64,000 nucleotides of DNA from Eledone cirrhosa (Eukaryota). Made by a program: the position numbers and the translations under genes. The stretch lies in the NCBI GenBank assembly GCA_964016885.1, contig OZ024744.1, positions 53,568,001-53,632,000 on the forward strand. Reading direction: 5' to 3'. Positions 37,244 to 50,241 of the stretch are shown here, one piece after another (position 1 is the first letter of the stretch; every line of letters starts with the position of its first letter). The notes under the pieces are model-generated. The model was not told the origin of the DNA and did no database searches. It worked only from the letters and a program-made list of their open reading frames with translations.

Positions 37244-40200
37244 TTGCATTTATCTTGCTTTATGTTTATACGAGTTATCACCAAGTCACAACCAGTGACC
37301 TCAAGAGACAACAAGGTCCGCCATGTTCAAGAAAGAACATACATATTCACACATGCATCCTTAGTGTTTAGACTTGTGATGTACTTATATTGACAGGATC
37401 TTCCTTAGTATATGGGCAGTTCCCATTAGTACTATCTTTTGTATTTCTCCTATACGCGGGTTTCCTGGGATTTGCGATAAGTAGTCGTTAGACCCCTTAG
37501 GTATCATTCCCAGAGCGCCTACAACCACTGGTATTGTTTTAGTTCTCAATTTCCACATTTTTCCAATTTCTATCTCCAGGTCCTTATACTTGCTCAATTT
37601 TTCAAATGTTTTTATAGATACATTCTTGTCTATTGGAACAGACATATCAATTAGCAGGCATACCCTCCTTTAAAAGTCCTTCAATATTATATCAGGTTTA
37701 TTTGCATCTATTTTTCGGTCTGTTTGGATGCTAAAGTTCCACAAGATTGAGATGTGATCTTTTTCAAGTATGGGAGGTGGTTGATACTCCCACCAATTCT
37801 TTTGATGGGGCAGGTCAAAATGCTTACACATTATCCAATGTATGTATTGTGCAGCTCTGTCATGCCTGTTTAGGTATTAGGTTGGAGCTATAGGACTGCA
37901 CATTGAAATTATATGGTCAATGGTCTCTGGTTGTTTTTTGCATACACGGCATAATGGGCTGCACCCATTTTTTATTATGTTGGCTTGGTAATTTTTTATT
38001 GGCAGACACTGATCTTGTGCCGATATAATCAGTCCTTCAGTCTCCGATTTCAGTCCAGAGGATGCCAACCACTGATGGGTTAAAGTTTTGTCAACATCAG
38101 GATTGTTAGCTCGCTCTGGGTATTTTCCATACAGAGGCTTTTCTTGCCATTTCTTAGCCAGTTTCTGTAGCAGTTCTTTCTTTGCAGTTACTTTTACCTG
38201 CTTTGCTTTTTCTGTGTTTTCCATTTCAGCAGTAAATGGGACTTCTGAAATTTGTAGTCCATTACTGTATCTTTGTGCATCTTTTGTAATGGAATATGAT
38301 CTTTTGGTGCTTTCGTGTTTCAAAACGAGTTTGATCATCCAATCATGTGATTCCCTTAGATATGTGGATAATCCAATTGTTGCAGTTTTCAACGCAATGT
38401 CTAACTGGATTAACCCACGTCCTCCTTCTTTCCTAGGGAGATATATTCTATCTATGTCTGCCTTAGGGTGATGCATTCTGTGCATGGTTAAGAATTTTCG
38501 GATTTTTGTATCGAGCCTACGGATCTCTGTGCTTGACCAGTTGATGACATTGTAACTGTAGGTTACTACTGGTATGGCAAGCGTGTTTATGGCATCGATC
38601 CTATTCCTTGCATTCAATTCCGTTCTTAAGATTGCTCTGACTCTGCGGTAACATTCCTTCCTTATCCTTTCCCTCATTGTCGAGTGCTTGATTCCGTCTC
38701 CTTCACAAACACCTAGATATTTGTAAGTTTTTTCTTGATCAAGCTCTCTTATCACGTTCCCCCGATCAAGATTAATGTCTGAACTCTTCAGCAGCTTTCC
38801 TCTGGTGAACGTTGCTTTGGCGTATTTATCCAGTCCAAACTCCATTTTAATGTCATCACTGAACTGCTTCACAGTAAATAATAGCCCTTGCAATTGTTCA
38901 TCATTTTTTGCAAATAGTTTCAGGTCATCCATGTAGAACAGGTGATTAATGGTTTTGTCATAGACTCTATATCCATGTTTTGTTTCATTGAGCATTTTAC
39001 TTAATGGTATAAGTGCGATGCAGAATAAAAGCGGTGATAAAGAGTCACCCTGAAAAATTCCACAATTAATGTTAACTTCTCCAGCTTCCAGTGATTTTGT
39101 TTCACTATTCAAAAGGAGTGTCGTTCTCCATGTCCTCATACTGAATGACAAAAACCTCCTGACAAAGGGGATATTTTGAAAATCTCTAAACATTTTTCAA
39201 TCCAACTGTGTGGCAAACTATCGAATGCTTTTTTATAATTTATCCAAGCAATCAATAGATTTTTGTGTCTATTATGACAATCTTCCAGTATCATTTTGTT
39301 AACCAGAAGCTGATCCTTACAGCCATATGAGCCTCGTTTACACCCTTTCTGCTCAATGGGAAATAGGTCATTTGTTATCAGGTGGTCATATGTATATTCA
39401 GTTAGGACTGATGTTAACATTTTATACATTGTGGTCAAGCAAGTTATCGGTCTGTAATTTTTGGGATTGCTGTCTCATCATTCTTCGGAAGCAGGAATGT
39501 AATGCCGTTAACTAGCCATGATGGTATCTTTTCTGGCTCCTTAACTATTTCATTGTAAAGTTGGGCTAACAGCTCATGAGACTGTGTGAAGGCATTTATC
39601 CAAAAATGTTGTATTTTGTCTTTTCCTGGGGATTTCCATTTGCTGGTTTTTCTTAGAGCCAAGTGCAACTGTTCAACTGTTATGTTTTCCCATATTTGTT
39701 CCTCAAGGTGAGCTGTATCATTTGTCTGTCTATCCATGAGGCATGTATGTTATGAACTTTTTCTTCGGCCGTGATCTTTTCCCAGAATCCTTGCACTTCC
39801 TCCTTGGGTGGTATTGATTTAGCAGTTATTGTTGACTTACCAATTTTTCTGTAGAAGTTTCTTTGGTTGTTTTTGAACATATTATTGTCCTTATAGAATC
39901 TAGATCGTTTTTCAAAGCGCCTTATACGAGCAGCTTTGGCCGACACTTTTTGCTTGATTATTTCTATCAGCATGTCTATGTCACTTGTTGATTTTATACT
40001 ATACTTTCTTTTCAATTTTCTAAGTTCAGTTTGTTTAACATGTTCACCTACTTTATAGTTTGTTAAAATTTCTATGTCAGATCGGAGAAGGTTTATTTGG
40101 CGATTGATGTTCTCTTGCCAAGTAGATTTCTTGTGGGAATTCCTTTGTTTTTTCATCTTCACTCCACATAAGTGAGTGGTGACTTTAGCCGATGCATAAT

Positions 40201-40900
40201 AGAGATGATTTAAATCAGTAATGTTTAGTTTGTTTGTGATGATAATGTTTTTGAGAATTATGTTAGTCTTGCGTATTATCTTTTGGTTCTGTTTGGAGTT
40301 CTGGATCTTAGGGAGGGTGTCTCGTTGCCCCATGTCAGATTCTTTCATTTTCATCCATTCGATCATAATTTCATCCTTCAAGTTGGCAAGTTCATTCTCA
40401 TTCATTTCTTTATCATTTACGATCTCATTGTTTTCATTTGGAGTTTCATCTTGAGCATGCACTCCCTCCACTTTTTCGATCCTTTCTTTAATTTGTTCTG
40501 TTGTCAGTGATTCCGCCCCAACCCTGGGATTCAAAGTGTTACAATTTACTTCGTTTTCACTTACACATGTTTCATTTTCCCTTCGCTGACTTTGTGCTAA
40601 TAGCTTGATCTGATCAATTTCTATATCAGTTAGTAACTTTTTTTTTACAATATTTCTTCGTATATTGGCTAGTTTGTTACTGTCAATATAGCCTCTGTTT
40701 TCGGGATGTTTCTTTTTCCAGTTGATATATGTCTGTTCTGTATTCGATCTTTTTGATGGGTAGTACATGGGAGTGTAGAAAGCATCAAGGACTTCTTTAT
40801 TATCTTCCCTTGACCATTTTTCTCATAGAGACACGGCTATTCCCCGCCGACCGCCATCCCGGTATTTCTTGGTCACGGGGTTTTCTTTTTTGTTGTTTTT
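37244..40900 (-). mobile_element. R4/Dong-like retrotransposon family B, near full length, frameshifted
   Basis: ORFs 39680-40768, 39136-39438, 37877-39193 and 37385-37645: EQKGCKRG, KKAFDSLPHSWI, GIFQGDSLSPLLF, FYMDDLKL, CRVCK..ETIDHIISMC, KYKDLEIEI. (TTA)n at the 3' end. Confidence 0.92.
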
Positions 40901-41021
40901 TTAATTGTTATTATCATGAGTGGTTCCTTAATGTGAGCATTGCGTGGCTTAAGAATGAAATTATTAACAATTGTCTCCACTCCAGGCACATATTATTATT
41001 ATTATTATTATTATTGTTGTT

Positions 41022-44000
41022 ATTCCTTGAATCTCAGTCATTGATGTTGGTTAACTGGAAAGTCCGTTGGATTGAATATCAAGCCACTACCTGCAGCCTC
41101 AGATATTCAGGACGTATCGGAGGGTTCTTGCTGTTCCAAGCAAGCATGCCTTTTGAAGCGTTCCAAAAAGCGTGAAGGGGCCGATTTTCTTTAACCATCC
41201 CTGGAAACCTTTGGAGATAGTCCCCAGTGCGCCTATGACAATCGGGATCACTTTGACTTCATGGCAGTTCCAAATCCTTTTTACCTCCCACTTTAGGTCC
41301 TGGTATCGGTTAATTTTCTCCCTCTCCTTCTCTTGCACTCTCGTGTCGAACGGGCAGGCCACATCCACAATCAGGCACGATCTTTTTTCTTTGTCCACAA
41401 CCACCAGGTCAGGTCTATTGTGTTCCAGTTTTTTGTCCGTCTGTATCCTAAAATCCCACAGCACCTTCACCTGACTGTTCTCCATCACCGCCTCTGGCCT
41501 ATGCTCATACCATTTCTCAGACTGTGGTAGATTGTTTACTTTGCACAGGTGCCAGTGGATCACCCTGCCCATCACATCGTGTCTCCAGCCCTTATAGTGG
41601 GTCTGGGCTAGGTGTTTACACTCGGACACAATGTGAGCCACAGTCTCCTCTCTCTCTCCACAGATCCTGCACAGTGGGCTAGCCTCCTCCTTGTAGATAT
41701 GGTGCTTCAACCACTTCGTTTTGAGGGCCTGCTCCTGCGCAGCCATTAGCATTCCTTCTGTAGCCTTTTTGAGGTCTCCTCTTCTCAACCAGTTCCATGT
41801 CTGTGGATCTCTAAATTCAGTTTTCTCAAAGAAGGTACTATGAAGGGATTTTCCCTTAAGGCTGCTCTTCCTCCTTGATGTTATTTCCTCCTTGGACATC
41901 CCCTGGCCTACTGTCCCCTCCTTCAGTACAGCTCTGAGCATTGGCTCCTTACTATAGGTCGCGTATTTGTATAGGTTGTTTTTCTCCATCTGAACAAAGT
42001 CCTCTATGCTGATAAGACCTCTTCCACCCTCAGATCTCCTTAGGTAGAGTCTATCGACATCACTCCTCTTGTGGAACATGTTGTAGATAGTCAATAGCTT
42101 CCTAGTCTTCCTATCCATTTCTTTTTGTTCAGCAACATTCCATCTCAGAATTCCCGCACTGTACCTAATAATAGACACAGCTCGGGAATTTACTGCACTT
42201 ATGGCACTCCTACTGTTTAGATGTGACTTTAATACGCTCCTTACTCTCCGAATGTATTCAGTTCTTAACAATTCCTTCATTTTTTTGTTCTTTATGCCAT
42301 CAGCCTCCAGAACGCCCAAATACTTGTATCCTTCCTCAGAGTCAATTTCCTTTATCATCTCACCTGTTGGTATCTGGATTCCGTTACTTCTGCTCAACTT
42401 AGCCCTCCTCATCACAATGACTCCACACTTACTAATACCAAACTGCATACATATATCACTGCTGAAAATACGGACAGTGTCAACAAGCACATCCAACTCC
42501 TTCTCACTCTTCCCGTAGAGCTTAAGATCGTCCATGAAGAGGAGGTGATTGATGGTAAGCCCTCCTTTTCCCAACTTGTATCCTGCTCTTACTTTTCGCA
42601 GCATAATGGTCAGGGGCATCAGGGCAAGGACAAACAACAGAGGGGACAGGCTATCTCCCTGGAAGATACCTCTCTTGATTTTCATGCTTCCCAAGGATTC
42701 TCCAGTCGATGTCAACTCTGTCTCACAGGACCTCATACTCCTGCCCAGCAACTGTCTGATGTTATCTGCCACCTTGAAGATCTCCAGGCTTTTGGTGATC
42801 CAAGAGTGAAGCACCATGTCAAATGCCTTTCTGTAGTCTATCCATCCCATTGCAAGATCAGTGTGTCTCCTCCTGCAGTTCCCCATTACCATCTTATCAA
42901 TAAGTAACTCGTCCTTTGTACCACGTGACTTCTTTCGGCATCCTTTCTGTTCGTCCGGTAACAAGTTGTTTGTGTGGAGGTGATGGTAGATTTCCTCAGA
43001 CACAATGCTCGTCAACAGTTTCCACATTACGGACAGACATGTGATAGGTCTATAGTTGGTAACATCATTACCCTTGATTCGGTCTTTCATTATCAGAACT
43101 GTGGTACCTTTTGTCAACCATTCTGGTACCTCACCTGACATCAAGCAGTCATTGAACATGGCTGTCAGTTTTGGGTGGAGGGATGTTATATTTTTAATCC
43201 AATACCCCTGCACACCATCTGGGCCTGGCGATTTCCAGTTGGTTAGTTTTTTGGCCTGCCCCTTAAGAGTTTCAACTTTGATACTCAAATCAGTTTGTTG
43301 GTGTGCCTGCTCACCGATCTCCCTCTGTACTGTCTCAATCCACCCTGCCTGGTCATTATGTCTAACATCCTGCTCCCATATTCCTCTCCAGAATGTTTTA
43401 GTTTGTTCCGCCTCAGGGATCAAGTCGTTGCCTCTTTCTTTCCCCTCAAGCTGTCCAAACAGCATCTTCTGGTTGTTGTCGAACATGCGATTCTATTTAT
43501 ACTGACTGACTCTGTTCTCGTATCGCCTGATTTTTGCACTCTTTGCTACAATGCGTTGCTTCAGTTCCTTAATGATAATATTTAGCTTTTTCTTCCTAGT
43601 TTTGTACTTTATTTCCAGTCTATTTTTCGTGCCTATGTTTTTTAGCGTCCCATTCAGTAGTGACTCAAGCTTTCCAATGTCATTTCTCATTTCCCTGATT
43701 TGACCACTCAGTCGTTTCTTCCACCAAGGCTCTGCTCTTTTTTGTCTGTTGTTTCCTCTCGCTTTTATACCAAGTAGTTTCCTCACCGTATTTGCTGTTG
43801 CTTTGAGGATATTGTTGCACTGGTGAAAGCTCCTCGCCTCAAGGTATGGGATGACATTGTTTACCCTAGCTATTGTTTCTTTTAACTTTTTCCTGTCTAC
43901 AAATCTTAGGTTCATAGGTCTCCCACTATCATTGTTCAATTAATCTACCACTGGATTTAGGATGTCAACCGAATCTTGTCCTAGCCCGTCAGCATTCACC

Positions 44001-44262
44001 TCCTCAGTGGCCATATCTCTGTTCCAGGTATTATTTATCTCAGTATTCAGATCATTGTCTGCTTCGGGTGGTTCCTCCGTTCTCTCGACCTCTTCACCTT
44101 TATTTCCCACTGGCTCGTTTGCCTGGCATACTCCACCCTCCATCTCCAAGCTAATCTCTCTGCTCAGTTCCTCCAGTTCCAGCTCGCTTATCCACCCATT
44201 AGTTCTTATTACCCGAGGCTGCCCGGCCAATTTTTGTTCATCTAATTTAAATAGACCAATCT
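41022..44262 (-). mobile_element. R4/Dong-like retrotransposon family A, 5'-truncated, flanked by (TTA)n
   Basis: ORFs 43940-44230, 43493-43939 and 41099-43486. (TTA)n at 40991 and 44264. Confidence 0.92.
41099..43486 (-). CDS. RT + CCHC knuckle + restriction-like endonuclease (family A, open 795-aa segment)
   Basis: KSPGPDG, NYRPITCL, DYRKAFD, GIFQGDSLSP, LFMDDLKLY, CRIC..ETVAHIVSEC, RHD, RPDLVVVD..IVDVACP..EKINRY. Confidence 0.9.
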   Translation of the reverse strand: MFDNNQKMLFGQLEGKERGNDLIPEAEQTKTFWRGIWEQDVRHNDQAGWIETVQREIGEQAHQQTDLSIKVETLKGQAKKLTNWKSPGPDGVQGYWIKNITSLHPKLTAMFNDCLMSGEVPEWLTKGTTVLIMKDRIKGNDVTNYRPITCLSVMWKLLTSIVSEEIYHHLHTNNLLPDEQKGCRKKSRGTKDELLIDKMVMGNCRRRHTDLAMGWIDYRKAFDMVLHSWITKSLEIFKVADNIRQLLGRSMRSCETELTSTGESLGSMKIKRGIFQGDSLSPLLFVLALMPLTIMLRKVRAGYKLGKGGLTINHLLFMDDLKLYGKSEKELDVLVDTVRIFSSDICMQFGISKCGVIVMRRAKLSRSNGIQIPTGEMIKEIDSEEGYKYLGVLEADGIKNKKMKELLRTEYIRRVRSVLKSHLNSRSAISAVNSRAVSIIRYSAGILRWNVAEQKEMDRKTRKLLTIYNMFHKRSDVDRLYLRRSEGGRGLISIEDFVQMEKNNLYKYATYSKEPMLRAVLKEGTVGQGMSKEEITSRRKSSLKGKSLHSTFFEKTEFRDPQTWNWLRRGDLKKATEGMLMAAQEQALKTKWLKHHIYKEEASPLCRICGEREETVAHIVSECKHLAQTHYKGWRHDVMGRVIHWHLCKVNNLPQSEKWYEHRPEAVMENSQVKVLWDFRIQTDKKLEHNRPDLVVVDKEKRSCLIVDVACPFDTRVQEKEREKINRYQDLKWEVKRIWNCHEVKVIPIVIGALGTISKGFQGWLKKIGPFTLFGTLQKACLLGTARTLRYVLNI

Positions 44263-44263
44263 C

Positions 44264-44310
<47 letters not shown>

Positions 44311-44519
44311 GGCGACCTACGTAGGAAATCGTATTATCGTGAGCTCCGCAAAGGTTTGTTATTTCCGTTTGTTTAAAAATTGCCATTTATGGAAAATTTT
44401 ATTGTTAACTGTTTATAAGCACACATACATTGTCTTCCGAAAAGGACACCCAAAAAGATTGGGGCCTTGTGCCCAAAATTTTAACTTTTATTATTATCAA
44501 AAAATTTCTTTGAAAAAAA

Positions 44520-46507
44520 ATGGCTAATTCACCTCTGCACGAAGCAGCTGAAAGCCTTTCTCACAAAATAACACCTCACACCGACACCACCATTGTAAAT
44601 GTTACTACGTTTGCCAACACAAAAAAAAATATAAGCAGTAGCAATATTTTAAATTTGTCTCAGGCAGACATTCATTTCCCGCCATTACCAATGACTGCAG
44701 GTGTTAAAGCCTCCACCACCACCACCACCGCGACAACCACCACCACCACCACCACCACCGCGACAACAGAAACAAAAGAAGAAAAAAATAAATTAACTCG
44801 TGATGTCGAAATGAAATCAAGCAAAATGGACTCTTCCCCACCAAAGACGACTGACGTCAGCACCACCACAACTGAAAATAAAATTAATATTAACGCTAGC
44901 AACAACAACAACAATGACATTATAAAACTGACCCTCAGTTTCGCCATCGTAGCAAAACAATTCGAAGCGTTCACGGTAACTCAAGAAGATTTAGAAAATG
45001 CCAAACAAATGGTAAAGAAAGATGGGTACAGGGTCAGCCTCACCCCCCCACCTAATAAAATGGAGCATCGGCGCCTATGCACCGTGTCGTATAGAACAAT
45101 AAATGTAAAATCGCGCCGAGTGGAACGGACATCCGAGTCCCAAATCCAAAAAGCTTTGGGACATGTGTGGGCAAGAAAAACCTACATCAGACGTGGGCAA
45201 AAGTATGGAACCGTGGATGTGTTCTTTGAAACAACAGAGGAAGCTAGAGAACACTCCATGGCCCCATTAAAAAGTGACGACTTCACACTCGTCCCAAGCT
45301 ATTGTGGCCAGAGACTCGTAAAGATCAGGGTGACCCACGTTCCACCGGCCATCGAAATTCCCTGGCTAATAGCGGCTGTCATCGCCGGCATCGAGGCCAA
45401 CACGAAAATAATAACAATAGCAAAAGAAAAGCAGGAAAACTGGTCCGGATCTGGGATGGAGCTCCTGATCCAAGCGGACCAAAAAAGCATTGAGGAGATC
45501 CCAGAGGTAATAGACCTCACTGACGGCAGCCATCTCACGGTAATTGTCGAGGGCAGAAGACCTAGGTGTGTCGTTTGTGGTGAAGGAACCCACCTGAGGG
45601 CTTTCTGCCCTCAGGCTAAAAGGTTGAGGCCACCTCTCCTACCCACCCCAGTGACACAACCATCAACACCACCAGTAGCAGAGATGCCAGCAACAACTGT
45701 AGCAGCAACAACAGAAGCAACTATAACAGCAACAACCCCAGCAACAGTAGCAAAACCAACACCACTACCACCACCAGCAAAACCAACACCACCACCACCC
45801 AACGCTTCAGAACTAGCACCAGCGCCTACACCATCCACCACACCACAACCAAAACTAACGGCTGTGGAGGATTTTCCACTCCCCGGCCTATCACAACTGG
45901 AGACAGATTGTGACGACGAGGAGTGGGAAACGATATCCGGAAAAAAAAAAGAAACCAAAAAAGAAAAAATTCTCTTCCTTCCCCCTCCAAAAACAAAATA
46001 CAGAGGGAAACAAATAAACTAAGAAACAAAAAAGTTAGGACAGATATGCCACCATCCACACCAGCATCACCAACCCCATCAACCCAAACACCAACACCAT
46101 CACCATCATTAACTCCAACACCACCATCACCTACACCACAAAAGTCACCAAAATGCGAAACAGAAACAAACCCACAACAAACGCAAACAAAACAAAACAA
46201 CCAAAACGATACACACTACACAGCATTAAATTTGAACAACAAGCAATTATTGCACTACATCCAACACAACACCAGCATCACAGAAAAAGACTACACAACA
46301 ACCCAAAAATTCACACCACCTCCACACATACAAATCACTCGCATCACACAGAAAACGTACATGACACTAAAACAAAAATTCCCCAAAGACATCGGAGACT
46401 TCCGACAAGCACTCTCCAGGAGGATTTATAAGGACATCCTTCCTGAGGAGGCCACAAGCAGTGAAAAGGATGGAAAAACCGTCCTTCCCCTACGAGAAGT
46501 AAGGTAA
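44520..46507 (+). pseudogene. Tx1-like ORF1 (gag-like, CCHC knuckle), probably frameshifted in the A-run near 45945
   Basis: VEGRRPRCVVCGEGTHLRAFC knuckle and Pro/Thr-rich tail. The 45923-46507 frame is homologous to the C-terminal region of copy 3 (TQYTA..LLNYIQHHT). Confidence 0.8.
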
Positions 46508-46541
46508 GTGGTCTTTCCCATCTTTTCCACTCCTTTTCAAC

Positions 46542-49500
46542 ATGACCTCACTCAGAATAGGCAGCATAAATGCGCGTGGCTTGGGGTCGTCATGGAAGCA
46601 GGGCCACCTGCTCAACGACCTCAGGTCACTAAACATAGATGTAGTGGCCATCAGCGAGACCAGAATCCCCAAAGCACAGGCTTTCGCACCGATCTTCGGC
46701 GGCTACGATGTGTACGCATCTCCCAGCCGTCCGGGATCGGGGGGAGGAGTTGCTGTGCTTTTTCGGAGAGGTTTGGATCTTGCCATACGGGCCATCTTCC
46801 TGGACCCAGAAGGTAAGTTGGTGGTGCTGGACGTGACCAGCGGAGACGGGCAAGCTTTCAGGTTAGTGGCCGTCTATGCCCCGACAGGAGCAGGGCGGCC
46901 TGATTTCTTCCGGCGTCTGGAGACCTTTCTTGGAACGTCCTGCTCTTTAGTGTTAGTGGGCGACTGGAACGGGATCTTAGATGCACGCTGGGATTGTGTG
47001 GGATTAGTGGATAGGGAAGGAGGGTGCAAGAGTCTCACCAACCTGCTCAGACGTTTTGAACTGTCTGACAGGTACCGAATGGATTTCTCGAATGTACCAA
47101 TGTGGACTTGGACAAATCGCATAGGGTCATCCAGATCATATCTAGATAGAGTATTTTGTAGGGAAATAGATAGGTCTAGCATAGGCTGTCCACAATTCAA
47201 GATAGTAAGCTACACGGACCACAAATTCGTGATCTGTGTGCTTGACTTAGATAGGCTTCATAGACGAGGACCCGGCTACTGGAAGTTAAACGCGTCCTTA
47301 CCAGCGCGCAAGGCCTACAGAGACCGGATTAGCGAACTAGTTAAGCGGGCGTTGACGGGGGCCATCGTCAACAACAAGTGGTGGTTTGCTCTGAAAAGAG
47401 CAATTAGAATAGAGTCCATTAGGTTTAGTAAGACTCTAGCAATAGAGAAAAATAGAGCAGAGGGAAAATTAGTTAGAAAATTAGATGAGGCGCTTAGCAA
47501 AGGCATCGCGACCGACGTACTTGCGGCGAAATTGGCCCTTGACCAATTCTTCAATGCAAAGCACGAAGGCTGCGTTGTCAGAGCTAGGGTGCGTGCTCTC
47601 AGACACGAGGGGACGAAAGCCGTTCAATGGGCCCGAGTGGCGGAGGCGCGTCGTGGCAACAAAGCCACGATCCGGTCTTTGGTGGACCACGACGGGCGCA
47701 TGCTACTCGATCCCGGGCAAATGTGTGAAGCTTTTCAGCGACACTTCGGTCAACTGTTCGGGGGCAGTGGCGGGCCGGATCGAGGGATGGACTTTAGTGT
47801 CTACCTCGACGGACTGCCGCGGCTTTCGGCCACTGAGGCGGAGTGTTGCGAAAAGCCGATAACAACCGCTGAAGTACGGGATGCAATGACTAGTTGCACA
47901 AGGGGTAAATCGCCTGGTTTGGATGGTCTGCCCTATGAACTTTACGTACAAATGCCAAACTTGTTCGGAAGCCTCTTGGCGGACGTCTACTGCAACTGGC
48001 AACAGAACGGGAGAATTCCCAGCTCTGTGAGCCGAGGAGCGGTGGCGCTGCTGAGAAAGGATCCGAACAAGGGGGATAACATAGATAATTTTAGGCCCAT
48101 AACTCTGCTAAACACAGAGTTCAAGATTTTGGCCAAGGTGCTAGCAAAGAGGTTGGCGCTTGTCGTTGGTGGTCTGGTGGGAGAGGCACAGACATGCGCC
48201 ATTCCCGACAGATCCATCCACGACAACCTCCACCTCATGTGATACATCGTAGAGAGGGTAGCTAGGGAACCTGGCACGGGTGGGTATTTGATCAATTTAG
48301 ATCAGTCGAAAGCCTTCGATAGGGTCGACCATCGTTACCTAACGGCAGTCCTGAGGGCGGCTGGCTTTGGGCCCGTCTTCAGAGGCTGGATCGCTGCCAT
48401 GCACAGCGACATCTGTTCTGTAGTGAGAGTGAACGGTCACCTTTCGGAACCGTTCAACATCATGCGCTCGGTCCGCCAAGGATGTCCCCTCTCGTCCCTA
48501 TTGTACGTATTGACTCTCGAGCCATTACTGCACAAACTGGAGACGTTGAGGGGGGTCCCGCGCGAACTAGGATGCGGAAGATCCGTGTCAGCATATGCCG
48601 ACGATGTCACCGTAGTGGTGTCGAACGCCAAACACATCGAGGCGATCGGCACTACACTAAGAGAATACGAAGCGGTGACAGGAGCAATGATCAACCAGGA
48701 AAAGTCAGTGGGCCTGCAGCTCGGCACCTGGAGAGGCAGGTCCATGCCGTCCAACAGCGTCGTCGGGCGCTGGACGGACGGACCGGTTAAATTGCTAGGG
48801 GTCTGGTTCGGTCCAGACCTCCAGACGGACAAAAACTGGGACGAGGTGACGAGCAGGGTGGCTTCTCTCACCCAGAAATGGGCCGAGAGGAAGCTATCCC
48901 TGAAAGGTCGAGCGGAGGTGGCGAATGCGTACATCGCATCCGTCATCTACTACCGCCTGACCGTCGTACCTTGTCCTAAGCCCCGCCTGACTGCGCTGGA
49001 GCGTTTGCTCTTTCGCTTCTTGTGGAAGGGACGCGCTCCGATGGTCAGGCGGTCCATCTGCTGTCAACACCCGCTACGTGGAGGGCTGGGCATGCCGTGG
49101 CTGATGATGCGCAGACACGCGCTCAGGCTACGACATCTCCACCTCTTCCTCGACGGTGATTAGGTGTGGTCGCCGTTTGCAAGACACGTTTTTCCCCAGC
49201 TCGTCTCCTTGACGGAGCTGCAGTCCTGGGTCAAGCGAAGACCGAGAGGGAGCGCTTGGAGACTGGAATGTCTTCAGGCGCTCACAGCCCTCGACCAATC
49301 GGGCAATGTGATCGGTGGAAACTCCACCTTGGCGTTCTATAGGGGATTATTGGAGGGGAAGAGCGACGACGTACTTGGAGAAACTCTAGGCGTTGACGAA
49401 AATCAACTAGCCAATCTCTTCGGAAGGACTTTCGGGCCGGGGCCTATGGACAACTTCCAGAAATCCCTGGCCTGGCAGTGCTACCGAGGAGCTTTGCCAG

Positions 49501-49961
49501 TTCGGGATAAACTCTACAGGCATGGAGGTGCCGTCAGCCGGGCATGTCCGAGATGCGCGCAGGGCGACGAAACAGTCCTGCACGCACTCGTCCAGTGTCC
49601 GAGCATTGCTGACTTGTGGGTTTATGTCGAACACCTGCTGTCACGTGTAGGACGGATCCAGCTATCAGCTGAGTCCATCGTGAGGATTGCCCCGCCCCCT
49701 TCCTTTAGCCTGGAAGGGCAGGCAGTTTTTATCTGTCTGGTGGCCATGGCGAAAGAGATAGTATGGTGGACACGTTTGAAAGGGCTGAAGACGAGCACTT
49801 ACCTCTTCGGTGATGCCCTGATTAACTTTTTCAAATTTCATTTGAAAAGGAAAATCAGGGTAGAGAGTGAAGTGCTCTCTTCCCAGCATTTTGTTGAAAG
49901 ATGGGTGAGAGAAGCAAGTATGGCCCGAATGAATGGGCCTTCTCTGAGTATGTGCCTGTAA
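46542..49961 (+). pseudogene. Tx1-like ORF2: APE endonuclease + RT + C-terminal Cys motif, two in-frame stops (48240 TGA, 49161 TAG)
   Basis: SINARGL, AISETR, VYAP, VGDWN, SYLDRVF, YTDH, WKLN, KSPGLDG, FRPITLLN, LDQSKAFDRV, VRQGCPLS, AYADD, CPRC..ETVLHALVQC. Confidence 0.92.
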
Positions 49962-50241
49962 ATTAAAGGTGGAAAACTGGGAGAGGGCACTTGCCCTGGT
50001 GGTCAGGGCCACTGTGGTCTTTTAATGGGCTTTCTCCACAAATGTCCCTTGGAAGTCTCCCCCCTATTGGGGAATTTTTTCTTTGTTATTTTATTTCAAC
50101 CTCTGTTTTTTTACACGCAGAAATGCCCATTTGTACCGTCCTGTATTGTCCTGTACTGTCCTTAATGTCTACTTTATGTGAACCCTTGTGGTTAATAAAG
50201 AAAACATTATTATTATTATTATTAATTTTATTATTATTATT

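Larger units (their letters stand above)
44311..50240 (+). mobile_element. Full-length Tx1/L1-like LINE (copy 1) in (TTA)n
   Basis: 5'UTR, ORF1, ORF2, 3'UTR with AATAAA (50193) and (ATT)n tail. Starts right after (TTA)n 44264-44310. Confidence 0.92.

Noticed and set aside
48240-49163. Programmed readthrough of Tx1 ORF2 stops
   Set aside because: Sister copies have CGA and CAG at these codons, so these are simple C>T nonsense mutations.
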